DNA of 64,000 nucleotides from Phoronis australis (Eukaryota; Animalia; Phoronida): contig NMRA01000105.1 in NCBI GenBank assembly GCA_002633005.1, positions 474,010 to 538,009 on the forward strand. Direction: 5' to 3'. Position numbers and translations under genes: made by a program. The notes beneath the pieces are model-generated. The model searched no databases. It was not told where the DNA came from and saw only the letters and a list, made by a program, of their open reading frames with translations. This document shows, in pieces, positions 1 through 13,598 of this stretch (position 1 is the first letter of the stretch; each line of letters begins with the position of its first letter).

Positions 1-889
1 TGGCTTCCAGAGTTTGCATGCAAATTCGCCGGTCTTGAGCTCATGTTGATACAAGCTTTTCGACGAGGTGACAAGCGTACATGTAACTATCCGGGCTGTG
101 TGAAGTTTCGAGGTCTGTTTGAGCTCAATACGCAGTGGCACCTTGCTGTATTTTGAAAATAGTCTTCACAGCTAGCTGGATAGATAGGAAGGCTCTAGCT
201 TCGAAATTTTTTTTACTGCGAAAGTGACAACAATTTCAGAATGATGATGGATGATGGATTACACTATAAACCGATCACAGTCTTCCGTTTTCATGCGCCC
301 ATGATTTAATATCGGTGCTATGTTCAAACCATTGTTTATATTGTTCCTAAAATAAACTTGGGTTCTATTGCTGTACCAGCATATTAAGAAATTGTACAGA
401 AATAAACAATAATTATCTCTGGTGAAGCGCAATATACAGCGTGATGAAGTGATGATCAAGAGCAATAACGGATGAGCGCAAGTGCGTGCTGCTTGTTGAG
501 CAATCCGCTTCATGAAAACATTTGAGGTCGTAAAATATCCAGTGCTGTATTCTGATTTTGATGCAATTGCTGTAAATTTCAAATTTCGTGCTTGTTTTGA
601 TGCATAATGCACTGCATAAAAAATCTGATATCTAAAGTTAGAAATTACTTTCCGCTATATCACTTAACGTTTGATTTTACCACGCCGTCATTAATTTAAC
701 ATAAGGTTTTCGGCTTGTGTAATGCCACGCATTTCGTATTTGTAGGTTGATTCGATTTTACCTCCATTCAATAGTTGAACAAAATTTGATAAACCGATGT
801 CAAGACCGGAGTTGCCACTGGTAAACGAACAGCAACCGGTTAGATGTTTGTTTGTCCAAAGTTCACCCGCTAGGTCATAAAATGGTAAT

Positions 890-1095
890 TGCCGACCAAG
901 GACACGCTTAATCCGAATTGGTCGTCTACGCTAGGCGACCAATTAGCCGACCCAAGTGCCGACCACAGAGGCGACTAAGCAGACGGCTCCTAGCCGACCG
1001 TTGTTGGTCGGCTGCTGGTCGGCTAGACGACCGGTCGACGGCCGGTCGTCGACCAATTTCCGACCGGTCGGCCAAAAATTCGTGATGTGTGCTGT
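890..1095. repeat. Array of CGACC/GGTCG motifs in both orientations (subterminal arm of a non-autonomous transposon)
   Basis: More than ten CGACC/GGTCG units, including palindromes CGACCGGTCG and TAGCCGACC...GGTCGGCTA; a GC-rich island in AT-rich DNA. Confidence 0.6.
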
Positions 1096-1689
1096 ACCAC
1101 TTACAAAATTTTTACATCTTTCAGAAGACAAATATTTCGCCTCATGAAAATTTGCTCATAAATTTGGTTGATTGTCGAAAAAAGAAATTGGCCAATAGGT
1201 GACACTCTTGTTTCACAGCCCTGTAAGCTGAGGCTTAAGATCCTTCCAAAAATTTTGCAGCACAAAAACAGTAGGGTGGCATTTTTAGCATCGATTTATA
1301 TGTTTATATATTTATATTACATAGCCGTATTTATTTATATGTTTATTTATTTCCGACTTGTTTTCCAGTATGTAAGAGGCTTATCAGAGTCAATACATTT
1401 ATTAATTATGACTTTCAAGATATATACAAGCCAGTTCTAGAATTATACATTTTTTCCACATGCAGTTTCTCCTATTTCAAATTGCATACTTCAACACTCG
1501 AATACACTTGTTGGTTAGAGACTTAGAGAGTATTGATTCAACTTATTAAATTTCCACAAACTTACGATCTATACCGTTATTCCATTTTCAACATATTTGC
1601 CATCGATACTAGTATTCTATTTTTCTGGAGGCAAAAATATCAGGTCCACACTATACTGCCTGCCTGTACTATTACTGCTGTCTCTACAA

Positions 1690-1938
1690 CAGGGCGTGGA
1701 GTGACCAATGACAAAAAAGCTAAAATTTTCCAGGTAGTGTATTGGTCCACAAATAAATAGACTTGTGTGATGGAAATATTTATTGTGATGTAAAATTTAA
1801 CTGAAATAAACTTTTGTGCATGAATAAATTCAAAATAATGACAAAAAAGACGAAAAAAGAGGAAACTTGAAATCAAATAAGAGGAATCAAAACCAAAAAA
1901 GAAGAAATCCTCTTAAAAGTGGAAAATTCCAAGCCTTG
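1690..1938. mobile_element. MITE, CAGGGCTTGGAA-TIR family, 6-bp TSD (hAT-like)
   Basis: CAGGGCGTGGA...TTCCAAGCCTTG flanked by CTACAA on both sides. Interior similar to 38682-38926. Confidence 0.8.
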
Positions 1939-1994
1939 CTACAACTATTCAGAATTCGACAGTAATTAAATTAGTTTACTCACAAAAGAATGTA

Positions 1995-2546
1995 CCTTTT
2001 AATGTAACGATTGATTTGGCAACCACAGATTTTGTTTGGTGACCTGGGAAAAATCTGAAGTCGCCACTGTGAGTATCAAAGTCAGAAAATTCCCGCTAAA
2101 TTCATTTCAAAGTTCTTGTTGACTTCCAAATTTAAAATTACTAATACTTTTCCTAGATTCGTTATATTTGATTGACAATTATTCCATTTATTACATGAAA
2201 TCAGTGCTTTTGCCACCACAGCAGTCAGCACACATCCGACACAATTAAATTACAATAGGAAGTAAACAGACGGAAGTCGGAATTCTTCAGAAAAATCGGG
2301 CAAGATCCGTGTATGCAAATGGCAGATCAAGATCTATCATTTGAAACCATGTTCATGTGTTTCTGATGAAATTGGCATCTTGGTTTGCTCACCCTAGAGT
2401 AGCCTTTTTTCTCTTTTTTTTGGTCCGACAAATTTTACGCCAGATCGGCAACCTAAGATTTCATTTGGCGACCCTGGGATTTTCAGTTTTCGCGCCCTCA
2501 GATTTTTGCCAGGTTGCCATGTGACTAGGCGTTAAGCTTTAAAAGC
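1995..2546. mobile_element. Degenerate MITE-like element with GGC(A/G)ACC subterminal motifs
   Basis: CTTTTAATGTAACG near 1996 versus CGTTAAGCTTTAAAAG near 2530-2545; GGCAACC/GGCGACC motifs cluster at both ends. Confidence 0.35.
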
Positions 2547-4705
2547 GTCGAGTGCCGTAATACCATAAATTTTATGTCAAATTTCATTTCACCGTTTTTA
2601 CCCACAGCAGTACAATGCTGTACACCTACTTGTATACTAGCACCAAGGCTAGTTGACTGACTAGGATACAAGTGCAAAATGGGTTTCTTTTTTCAATGAC
2701 TCAATATCTCTAAATGGGTGAGCACTGTGTATCCTAATTTTCGACCTGCACCACCGTCAAAGTATAATCCAGCACTCTCCAGTCCCTCTATACTCTCTCT
2801 AACTAAATTCTATGATGACCTCAGTCGTACTCACATACACATCATCATATGATTGAATTGCGAAATTTACAATTTACTAGTACATTGATTAGACATTAGA
2901 CATAGTGCAATATGAATGTAGACGTCACTTTACATAAACCATAACAAATTCTTGTTTTATCTAGAGTTGATAGTAGATGTCAGTGAATAAATTTTGCCAG
3001 TGATCAAAACCACGCTGAGATTCATGTAGGATTTGCAGCTAACCGTAGACTCCGTAGACGTAGTACGTCGCGACGACACCGTACGTGTCGTGACGTGTAC
3101 GTTAGCCTACGTCGCTGTGTTTATGCGAGCTCACAACATAATTCAAATCACCGCTTAATTTCATTTTTAACCAAATAGACAAACCACATGTCCAAACAAG
3201 TAGTATAAACATGCTTAATTCTTTAGGACATCAAGATCCAGACTTACCCACTTTCGCTTCTCGGATCGAAATCTACGCGAACGTGGAACAAATGTGAACC
3301 GTTGCACCTTTTCGAGCGATTTCCGGATTAAACAGTAGTCACTACTGCTACCACTAGGAGGTGTGATAGCATATTATCAATGAGAGCTCACTTGACACAC
3401 GTACTCAGCCGGGTTAGTTTACCGAGGCAATAAGGACCGGAAAGTGGGCACGGGCACTTTCATCAGCTGATCGACGTTACACCATGTTATAGTTAGTGTT
3501 ATAACGAGCGATTGATTTTTAAAAGATTCCTGTGACAGAATCGATGTTCACTTCGTATTTTTAGTTTCTGGGTAGGCTATATCTGCGGAGCACGTTGAGT
3601 TTTTGTATTAGGCCTGTGTGTTCTAAACTGAAACCGGTAGTACTCTGTGAGGTTGTTCTTGATTTTTAGCCGTTTTTAAGAACCTTTTCAGGAATTTTCC
3701 TATCGACTCGACTTATTGTTTTGTAAGATTTTAACCTCATGATTTATTCAAAATAACCGCATCTCTCTCTCTTTGCGCATACGCGGAGTGTTAGCACTAT
3801 TGCCGGATTTATCAGTGAAGGACCAAGGAGACAGCTAAGCGGGCCCACCGAAAAGATAACGTGGCTCAAAAATGGAGGAAACTAGAGTATAGCTCTTGAC
3901 TCCAAACAGGAGGCTCCCTTAGCCTTGGACTAGTCAATCTAAAGGAGTCGCCTAGCTATGTTGTACTTTGATCCGAGGCTGATCCCCACGTGAGCTGGAC
4001 CTTTACCAGTAGGGCCCCTCCGGGGAGGGGTGCTCTATTTGGAAAACGGTGTCTGGATTCCCGTTTAATGATATCGTTTCTCGACGCTAATGTGCATCCC
4101 GGCACTGAGGACTAGACGATTGTCAAGAACATGTGGTCATGCACTTAACGGGACATGAGAACTGAAGCTGTCTTCTTATTGACCTCTCCAAAGCTTTCAA
4201 CTGCTTGCCTCACAAACTACTAATAAATAAATCGTACGCTTATGATTTGTCGTAAAACATCTGTAAAGCTCTTACTGTCGTGGTTGTCAGTCAGACAGAA
4301 TTACAACAAGTCAAGTTTACTAGGCCACAGCCAAAAGTGCCAAATGGGTATCACGGCTTGAGCGATCTGGTCTTGCGTTCCTTCTTTTCAATGTCTTCAC
4401 CAATGAAATACTAGTTCTTATCCAACTTCCTATGTAACTATGCAGTAGCACTGAGTGATCCAACAGTGGCACGATGACAAGGTATGCCCTTATATTGTAT
4501 AGTCCGTGATAGACTATCAACGTAATTGGAGTTACACTACGATGCTGGTGGCTTGGCTACTAAATTGTCACGTTACATGGAAGCGAATCCATTTAAATTC
4601 CTAGCCATTGTATTCTCAAAAAAAAAACTGATGGACAGTTGAGAATTATCTCTTAGTGAACGATACAGTGAATATTTTCGAAATTTGTCAAATTTCATGT
4701 TGTTT

Positions 4706-5360
4706 TATGGGCGGCCGTTTATGTAAAAACATCAAAATGTGTATTCAATTCTATTTAATGAATTCAGTGCCAACTGTATGAAAATTTTACCCTATCTTGT
4801 GTATTCAATGCTGTAGTACATCAATTCAATCTACATTCGTCGATTCCATATCGTGAACTCAATGCTGTTTTGTATATTCTATCCTGCCTGTTTACTGACT
4901 TCAATGCTGCTTAGTCGATTTGTTTCGTCTATCCTAGTGGCCTATGGGTGAAACTAATAACTTCGTGAATTCTATTCCGTCTTGAATCCAATCATATTTT
5001 TCTAGTCTATGAACGAAACCAATGTGTCGCTTGTGCGTATGCGTTTGAGCTCCCGCCTTTGTCTGAGCAAATTCTGCTGTCAAAAGCGAAGCAAGAATAT
5101 TGTTTCTGACAATGTCACAGAGAGAACTGCTGTCAAATATCATTGGTCTTTTGACTGATGCAGTTGACCAGCTGCAAAATGCCAATAACCAGCCTAATGC
5201 ACAGTCCCCGACCCAGCGGATTCTGGCCGCTACTTCGGCACTGAGGGGCACTACGACGGCAAACTTTGCGTCAACTGATGCGAGACCCACCAGTGCCTCC
5301 AGCTCCGCCGTTGTTTCAAGCAGTGCAGGTGCACCTGGCAACAGGGTACTGTGAGTAGCC
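4706..5360 (+). mobile_element. Possible left end of a large DNA transposon (IS3EU-like) with the first exon of a cargo gene
   Basis: Starts TATGGGCGGCCG, followed by repeated (A/T)TTCAATGCTG/TTCAAT motifs (4740-4910) and a GC-richer ORF MSQRELLSNIIGLLTDAVDQLQNAN...SSAGAPGNRV (5112-5350) ending at a GTGAGT donor. No further exons were found. Confidence 0.3.
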
Positions 5361-6367
5361 TACTTGTGTGTTTACAGTTCCATTTGTGATGGCTGTTTGT
5401 ATTACCAGGAAGAGATATTTTATTTTTATCACGGCAGTTTAAAATCACGCATTAGTAGATCGTAAGCAAAAAATGTCATAAACCAGACGCGAAGTTTCTG
5501 CCTATAAAAAGGAATTTACTCCGGGGTGTCTTCGCTAAGTTAAAGTATGCGTGTCATTCTCCGCCTACTCAAAAACGCACATTAGATTCACGCTGCCTTG
5601 GGTATTCACGAAGTGCTGTAATACTTTCGGGTCGGGGGACACCAGTGCGTCAACTAATGCACTAAACAAAAAATGACATAGAGTTTTGTGCTGGTCGTGT
5701 GAGGGTGTAAAAGTCTTCATCAATACCCAGGTTTTTGTGCTTAAACGTCGGAAAGTAAAACGATGAGGGGAAGAACTAAATTTGCCGGCAAGCATGCAAG
5801 AAAATCACCACAAACGGCCATTTTTACGAGCGCTTCAGGAGCGTTTCAAACGAGAACAGGCACGTGTAATCAGAGACTACCGTGGCGTAATGTTCTATGT
5901 ATAGATAATTTCTGAGTTTTAAACCGAAACTCTCCGTTGTCTTGAAAAACACTTGAGTTTCGTCAACAGAGGGACATCGAAATATTTCGTAAACAATACC
6001 CCTGTGTTTGCGTTATTTTATACAGTAGATTTTTCTAAATTTATACTTGTTTATGCAGCTTGGCTGTGATTACTCTGGTTATTTACCCACAATCCAACTG
6101 ATTCGCAATTTTATGTCCGTGACTCAAAATTGCTATTCCCTAAATAACCTTCGTCAGTTGGTAAAATTTCATTTTCATTTGTTGTTAAGGATTTATCAGT
6201 AATTCGAATCCGACTGAAGTTTGACAGCCGGTACTTCATGTTCGTCGTTCCTTGCGCAATACTCAGTAAACATATCACTCGCGGGTCGCATTACCAAGGG
6301 ATGAACGATGGTAATAAATTACGTTAAACATCATCGGTCACAAGCTGAAAAAATACAGGCGTTGAGG

Positions 6368-7365
6368 ATTTTCCTATAGGGTTTCTCATAGGATATTCTA
6401 AAGGATTTCTATAGGCTTTCCTATTGGATGCTTTAGGAAATCTTAATGGAAATCCTATAGGATCCAATAGAAAACGCTATAAGAACTCCTATAGGATTCC
6501 TATAGGAAATCCTATAGGATCCAATAGGAAATCCTACAGAAAATTTCTATAGGATTCCTGCAGGAAATCCTATAGGATCCTATAGGGTTTCCTATAAAAA
6601 TGCTATAGGAAATCGTATACTATCCTAATGAACTTCCTATGGGATCTTATTGAACTGATAAAATCCTACTGAATCTCCTGTATATGAAATTCTCGTAAAA
6701 CATAACATATATATCTGTCATTATAACTGTTTCATTTCTGGTGTTGTACATTATAATATTGTGTCTAAACTTCTAAGGAAACATTTTGATCGTGTGTATG
6801 GCTTAGTGGCTAAAATGAACAGTTTCTCAACTGGAAAACAGATGTCACTGAAAAGCGATTCAATGAACAGTTATCTTTACAGCATTTAAAACACTCGACA
6901 CAAGCTTACAACTTTGACTATCAGAGAACAACATGTAAAAGCGTATAGCATTCAGCATTTAAATAATAAGTTACTTGAACATATTTTGAAAAAGCAAAAA
7001 AGAACACACAGGTCTTTTGTAGCCTCAGTTTAGTACACCATTTGTAACACAGATATCCTGCTGTAGACCTTGTTCAAGAACAGAGAAGACTGCTGTACAA
7101 AAACCTTGAGGTTAACTGTGTTTCAGTTGAATTTGTTTTGTTGAAAACACTTTTGCTTTGTTGTATTATGTATGCATTGAAAATGTCATGCTGGGAAATC
7201 CTAATTGATTTCTTAAAAGTCTCGTAAGAATTTCTATAGGGTTTCCTAAAGGATTCCTATAAAATCCTATAGGATTCCTATAGGGTATTGGGCCAAAATC
7301 CAATTGGATTCCTATTGGTATATAGGATATCTTATAGGATTCCTATAGGGTCCTATAGGATTCCA
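6368..7365. repeat. Bipartite CCTATAGGA repeat element (two arms around an AT-rich core)
   Basis: Dense palindromic TCCTATAGGA units at about 6370-6670 and 7190-7362, with non-repetitive sequence between. Confidence 0.7.
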
Positions 7366-8174
7366 CGGTACACACTAGTGAATGGTGCAAAAACTTATGT
7401 CTAGAAGTATTAAAGCATGTCAACAACCTTGGTCTATTCTGTTTAGGAAAGTCCTTCTAGCTTATAATTCATCACAGGCTAAGAAATTTGTGTCTTTATA
7501 GATTATGAGCTCCTCTTTGATCAATGACATTTTTTAATAATATATCTGAAAACTGAGCCTAGAATTCATTGAAAATAAATAGAGGCTCAGTCCTTAAATT
7601 GGGGATGTTGCATAAAAAGATCCCTAATTATTTTTGATAATATTGACAATTCAACGTGGAGTTCACTCAAAGTCGTCTTAGTAATGAAAGTAAAACAATG
7701 CAAGAAAGGATAATCGATGTTTTCACAATTCCAAAAATACTCGGTAGATTTAGGGAACTTAGTTGAGTCCTTATACTGTTTCATGCAATCGGGCACAGGG
7801 AAGTCTTATGGAAATTTGGCCATAAGAAGTCTTGAGACGTTACCCCTGAGGTTTAGATTATCGAAGCACTATCTTTTTGAATTTACAAATCGGAATATAA
7901 ATGTGTCCTGTAAAATATGTACGCAAGTTTTCCTTTTTGATAAAATGGCGGTTTTCAAATGTCTTGGTTTTCTTAGTTAGCATTTTTAAGGGGCCATGAC
8001 TGACGGAGGGATCCCCAGAGTTGAAATCAAGTGCCCGTACAACTTTATTATTAAGGAAAGTGACCCAGTCACTGTTATATTAAAGTTTTAAAAGTTTCCA
8101 TCTCAGACGGGATCCTCTCTGGGAAGGGCAGCTTGGGGTAATTGGGCCATTCGACCCTTATGACTCCTGGGTAG

Positions 8175-8322
8175 AGTTCAGTAACGATAGAACCTCGATA
8201 AAAAGCAAAACTTCGCGTTCAGTAACGCTATGACCTACCTAAAATCTAGACAAAATCGCGTGTTCTCATTTACAATACACGACAAGTCTTGCTTTTTAGC
8301 GAAGTCCTAACGTTACTGAACT
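8175..8322. mobile_element. MITE / fold-back element, 148 bp
   Basis: About 40-bp imperfect TIR: AGTTCAGTAACGATAGAACCTCGATAAAAAGCAAAACTT versus AAGTCTTGCTTTTTAGCGAAGTCCTAACGTTACTGAACT. Confidence 0.75.
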
Positions 8323-11300
8323 TAAGACTGCTTTCTTAACTATTCACGAGCGGAAGTAGAAAGAAATAGTTTGTTCGTTCATGAAAAACCATAGACTATG
8401 TTCATGTGATTCATAGCTAACAGCATCAAGGCATGCCGCTCAAACAATCAAAACGTGCCGAGACTGTTCAAAAACAAAAATAGCATTGATTGGAATCGAA
8501 AGATTTGTGAACTCATACACACGAAGGCAATACCCTAGATGGTTTTGAAACAATATAAATATCGATACTTTTCCCCAAGGGAATTCCAAGAATAGTATTT
8601 CTTTTGAAGATCGTTATTAAGAGAGAATTATTGACGAAGAAGAGTTGTTCGTATGAGATCACTAAGTCAGTGAGACTGTCAGGAGCCAGTCTGTGACCGT
8701 GTGCAGTGCGCATGCTAGCGGATTTTAAAAGGTGCTCAAAGTCCATATACATGTAGGCCTACTGGAAATCGTAAATTGCTACCACTTAAATTGAATCAGA
8801 GATCATATTCATACGAATAAATTCTAAAAAGGTCCTGGGGGTGGCCCCCGAAAAACATTCGGAACGCAACGTCTCTCCGGCGCCTCTCGGTTGCCCGTCA
8901 AGTAATTGTATCTGCAGGCATCGTGGATTGACTGGAAAGTCCGTACTGCGAATTAAGGATTTGAAAAAGTCTTGCAAATAACAACCGCGGTTGTGTGAGC
9001 AACGTGTGTGCGTTTATGTGTTGCCATGTAATGGCTCAACATGTCAAGGTTATTTTCTTTTTGTAATCTGCAAAGGCTCTGATTTACATGTTTACGTATC
9101 TATATGTACAACAATCGACTACTTCATAGGGTTGTTTATGTTATAAGCTAATCTTGTAAGAAATTGACGATGCTTCAGAGTGAATTTTGATGCAAAATGA
9201 AATTCACTCAGGAAAGTCGTTATCACCCCTCAGTCCCCCAAACACCAAAGGGCACTAAATGAGTTTTGACATTCTGAAAGAAATTGTTTTTTCGATGAAT
9301 TTTGTCGTACGATGAGGAAATCCAAATAGTTTAATACCATTTGCAGGCTCCCGAGGAAGCCGTTAGAAACTTCGGCACCCATTTTCAACACGGGACCCAG
9401 GAAGTGAACCCTGGCTTTCAAAGTGTACCCTAATAAAGTGAACTTTACTCAGACTATTTTCGATTTTCACCCTCGGAAATAAACGGATCTATAATCGATG
9501 TTTTCGACACGATGTGCCATTGATTCATTCTAAGGTAATGTTGGATTTCGCAGCCTGCGAAGGAGGAGGTAGGCCTACAACCAGCGTCGACTGAGTATGT
9601 AGGCGTGGAAACGATTGGCTACGGCCAGGTATCCTCAGTTCCAGGTATGATCTCTTCTCTTCAGTTCCAGACCGGGAAATACCTAACTTGCGGTTCAAAT
9701 TCCATAGCCGCACCCCTAAACACTACACACGGCGCAAAATATTCCATAGTCAATTGCGAAAACTGTGCACAAATTCCCGTCAGTAAATCGTTGCCATTGC
9801 CGTTAAAAACGACCATCCCATCCAGTTCTCCAAAAAATAAAATAATGCGCTGCATCCCTCACCAACCCTCAGAAGTTTGCTGGAGGAAATTTTGAATCTC
9901 CTTACAGTGTCTACCTAACGGACATTTGTGACTTACGCTTTAGGTACTTATACACAACTGTTCGGGAACGACCATCCACAAGGATCAAGAGTATCCAATC
10001 TTTGACACACAGAAAGTATGTGGTTTCAGTTGAATCCAGGTTTCGTCACTCAAGTGAGACAATACTGGTGCGTTAACAGATGACAGAACGAGGTTTGGTT
10101 AAAATCACCAAAACAGGGTATAGTATCCTTTTTAGCAAAAACAATTGTGTTCTGGGCTCTTTTTGATCGATGTACAAAACATGTTGCTGATTGTTTATGT
10201 AATCCAGTGCAATGTGCTTGCCCTCAATGTTCCTGTTTGAAGATCTTGGCGGCAAACCTATTGCGATTTTATTCACTGTTTCTTGAGTAACTCAGAACCT
10301 CAAGTCAACATGTACCCAGGGGACTGCTACGTTGGTAGAAACCTAGGAATGACATGAACTTTATTACAGACACACTTAAAACATGTATCAGCACAGCATA
10401 AGAAATTGACCATGTAGAACACAATTTAATAAGTTTAATAAATGTTAACTAATACTAAAATAAGTCACTTAGTGCTAGTGATGGGTTATGCAATGACTTT
10501 CTTCGTGCTGAAAATAAGCTGTTATCGTCGGAGGTGCTCAAGGCAAAATATAAATTAAGAGATTTCAAATCATGATTTTTAATTCAATAAGTATAATTTT
10601 ATCTAGAAAAAATGGTCAGGGTCATCAGCGATTGGTTGGTTGCAACAATTAAATTTGCTGAGATTACAATAAAATTGGAAAAGAAAATATTAAGCATATT
10701 TTGATACAGAAGTATGGCAAAAAGCCAGACTGGCAACTATGAAAATTTGTTGCGGCATTACTCAAAACAAGATGTCAAAAAATTTATTCCTTGCCTTTTA
10801 CACTTCCTCTCGATCCATGCACTAAATCTTTTAAGTATGTGTTGTTGCATAACAGGGCGCATACTAACTCTTTGTTATGTTAGGTGAAGATTTTTAATTC
10901 AGATAAATGTCCTTATTGTAATCTAGTGCAGAATACTGAACACAAGTCACAGTTAGCGTGCAGAGGATAGTTTTTCTGAGAACCATTCATTAATTATACA
11001 ACACGTGTCTGATCGAGTATGCCCAGTCACTTGTCTTTGAAAATTTATTATTAGCTGCTAACTGGTTGATACAACAAAATATGTGCAAGAGTCGGGATGT
11101 TGCAACGTTGCATTTAAAGGTTCATGTACCAAAGTTTTCAAAATAGACAGACTGTGACGGAGCTCTTCCTGGTTGTATTGTTCTTGGATTAAGTTTTTGC
11201 CCGAATTATTTGGTAGTTTAGTGAAACTTTTGTTGTCGGAATTGAATGTGACATTGCGTATAGTTGCTAATTGTGTGTAAATGGATTTACGCAGAAAGAT

Positions 11301-12992
11301 GTCGCGACTTCGACTACCTAAATGGAGCAACTTCTGTCGAGTTTTTGCTGAGATTTAGCAAGAATTGAAATGGATTCTAGAACACAAGAAATGAATATTT
11401 AGTAGCTGTTTTGTGCGCCGAAACCCAGATTGTGAAAACTACTCTATAATAGACTTCACACCTTTGCACTGTATGTTGTATTGTAATTTGTTGGTATGCT
11501 TGAGGACATGAAAAATAGACCTGTCTTTGCAGATGATGTTGTTATAGCAACGTTACATACGCATCCACCATTTTCGTCCTAACGTCCATAAGGTGCACCT
11601 GCATAAGGACAAAAACATGATTTGTTTTGTGTGACTAGCTTTCCTAAAAATGTGCTCATAACTCGAGCATTACACTGTTTTGTATGAAACTGAAGTCACA
11701 TAAAAAGCCAAACATTTTACAAAAACCTTGAAAACGTCTAACCAAATACTGTTTTAAGCACTATTTAAACTTAGAATTATTTAAAAAAGATCGCTAATGT
11801 ATTCAGTAGTCTCAACAACAGAAACAGTTGCTTTTACAGCGTATTGTAATCTGCCTCGCAAAATAAGTTTTCTAAAATGAAAAGGCAAGACAACAAAATC
11901 AAGTTTGAGGAGACCACGCTCTGCTTAACCAGAGAATGCTTGCTTTCCAACAAGTTTTTGTTGAGGGAAAATAGAATTATTCAAATATAAGTATGGGCGT
12001 GCCTTCATTTGCTTACATAAACTTGAAATTGGACATAGAGTAATCGCTGAAGTGATCAGCGGAATCTAATGATCATAAAAGTTGTGTTTACAATGTTTTT
12101 ATCCGATCAATCCGGTTTATCTCGCCACATATTTTTTTTTAAAAGCGAAAAAGATTATTCCAAGTTAAAGCACGGGGCGTGGTCTGCTTAAACTTGGAAA
12201 TGGGTAGAAAACAGACACACAATGTGATCAGAGAGAGTATCAAGAATAAAAACAAATCCTTATAGAATGTACTGTAAAACTTTGCAGCGTGTTAAGTTAA
12301 TTATGGCTTTGTTCGATCATTGTCACCGATGTCGCGCGGCTGTATTTTGACAGGACTGAGATACTATGACATCATATCCCCTGGTGCGTGGAGTGTTGTC
12401 CAGTTGCCGATTTGGGAAACTGAACGAAGGACTGCTTGAAAACAAAGTTTGATTTCGGGAGTATGGGTTTAAGTTGGAAGGATTTAAAGACATCGACGGC
12501 CTTCTAAGATGTCTCTCTATGCAAAAGGTACTTATAGCGACGTGACTTTGAATATGGTTTAGTGAGTGGGAGGCAGTAATTTGCTGAAAAGCTTCCGGAG
12601 TATGAAGGCCCTTCAAGTTGGAGCTTTACCGTCTTAGCTTCTATTCTTGTGCTTGTATAGTATACCGGGCTGTGAAACGCTTATTTGTTCTTCAAAGACA
12701 TGCGAGAAATGGTTGATAACATTTTCACGCATTCTCTAGATGGAATTAAATAAATATAATATCAACAGGAAGGTATTTCTAATGATCTGTTCATTTTTGT
12801 CGTTAGAAATAATAGCACAACATTACATATCTGGGCTGAGAGTCGATCAATAGAAGTTGGCCCTGGTCTGGCGACCAGATAGTTGCCATGGCTTATGTGA
12901 ATTGCCCGAAAACTTGGAGACTGAGTTTCCGGGTATGATTTTTCTTGAGAATCTTTCTGATGGCAAAACTTTCCACGCCTATGTTAATCTAT

Positions 12993-13085
12993 GGTCTCTA
13001 GATTGCCGGTCTAGTGGTGAGAGTCACATGACCGGCAATCTAGAGACCTGTGGTTCGATTCCCAGTTGGGGTTCCTGATTTTTCT
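12993..13085 (+). mobile_element. tRNA-like SINE head with a perfect 19-bp fold-back
   Basis: GGTCTCTAGATTGCCGGTC (12993-13011) / GACCGGCAATCTAGAGACC (13030-13048); A-box-like GGTCTAGTGG and B box GGTTCGATTCCC. Confidence 0.55.
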
Positions 13086-13529
13086 GTGTTTATTTGATAT
13101 GGTAAATGTCAATTGCTGTGTAGAGGGGAGCAATTTGTACCCTTGTTAGACCATGAATCTTTGCAGCTTAGCTACTGTACATCATACATCATTTTTACTA
13201 CTAATTATGAGCCAGAATAGACCGGACTCATTTTGAGAATCGGTCTCATAATTTCTGCTCGAAATGCTGTGCGTGCCGAACTTGGAATCCTGCTTAATCT
13301 CAAGATCGCATATGCATGCTTGGAATTGAATATTCATTTGGGCAATCAGGTGAATTTTTTTGTTCAATGCAAAGAATTTTTGTAATTGTTGGCCTCATGA
13401 TCACCCATTTTCTCCTTTACCGTAACTTGTGTCAAATAATCGGAGGTTTTTGTGAATGGTTAAATCTGTTGTAGATGTGCTTCCGGTGAATTATATGAGC
13501 CTCTGTTAGTTACTGGCTAACGGGCAATT

Positions 13530-13598
13530 GCCTATTAGCTGAATGGTTAGCACGCTTGCCGGTTTTATGTGTTCGCGGGTTCGATCCCCGGGTCGGGT
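13530..13598 (+). pseudogene. tRNA-like sequence (SINE head or tRNA pseudogene)
   Basis: A box TAGCTGAATGG at 13536-13546 and B box GGTTCGATCCC at 13578-13588 at tRNA spacing. The acceptor and anticodon stems pair poorly, so it is not called a tRNA. Confidence 0.6.

Noticed and set aside
4100-4140. Hammerhead-ribozyme-like core CTGAGGA-stem-GAAC (Penelope-type)
   Set aside because: The GAAA box is incomplete, stem II is mismatched, and no convincing stems I/III are present.
6368-7365. CRISPR-like array (also considered for 44078-44415 and 47140-47542)
   Set aside because: Eukaryotic context, degenerate short units, no constant-length unique spacers and no cas genes.
9230-12640. Short ORFs in moderately GC-rich patches
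   Set aside because: No motif recognised in any frame and no consistent splice chain; possibly old repeat debris.
13530-13598. Functional tRNA gene
   Set aside because: A and B boxes are present, but the acceptor and anticodon stems do not pair properly.
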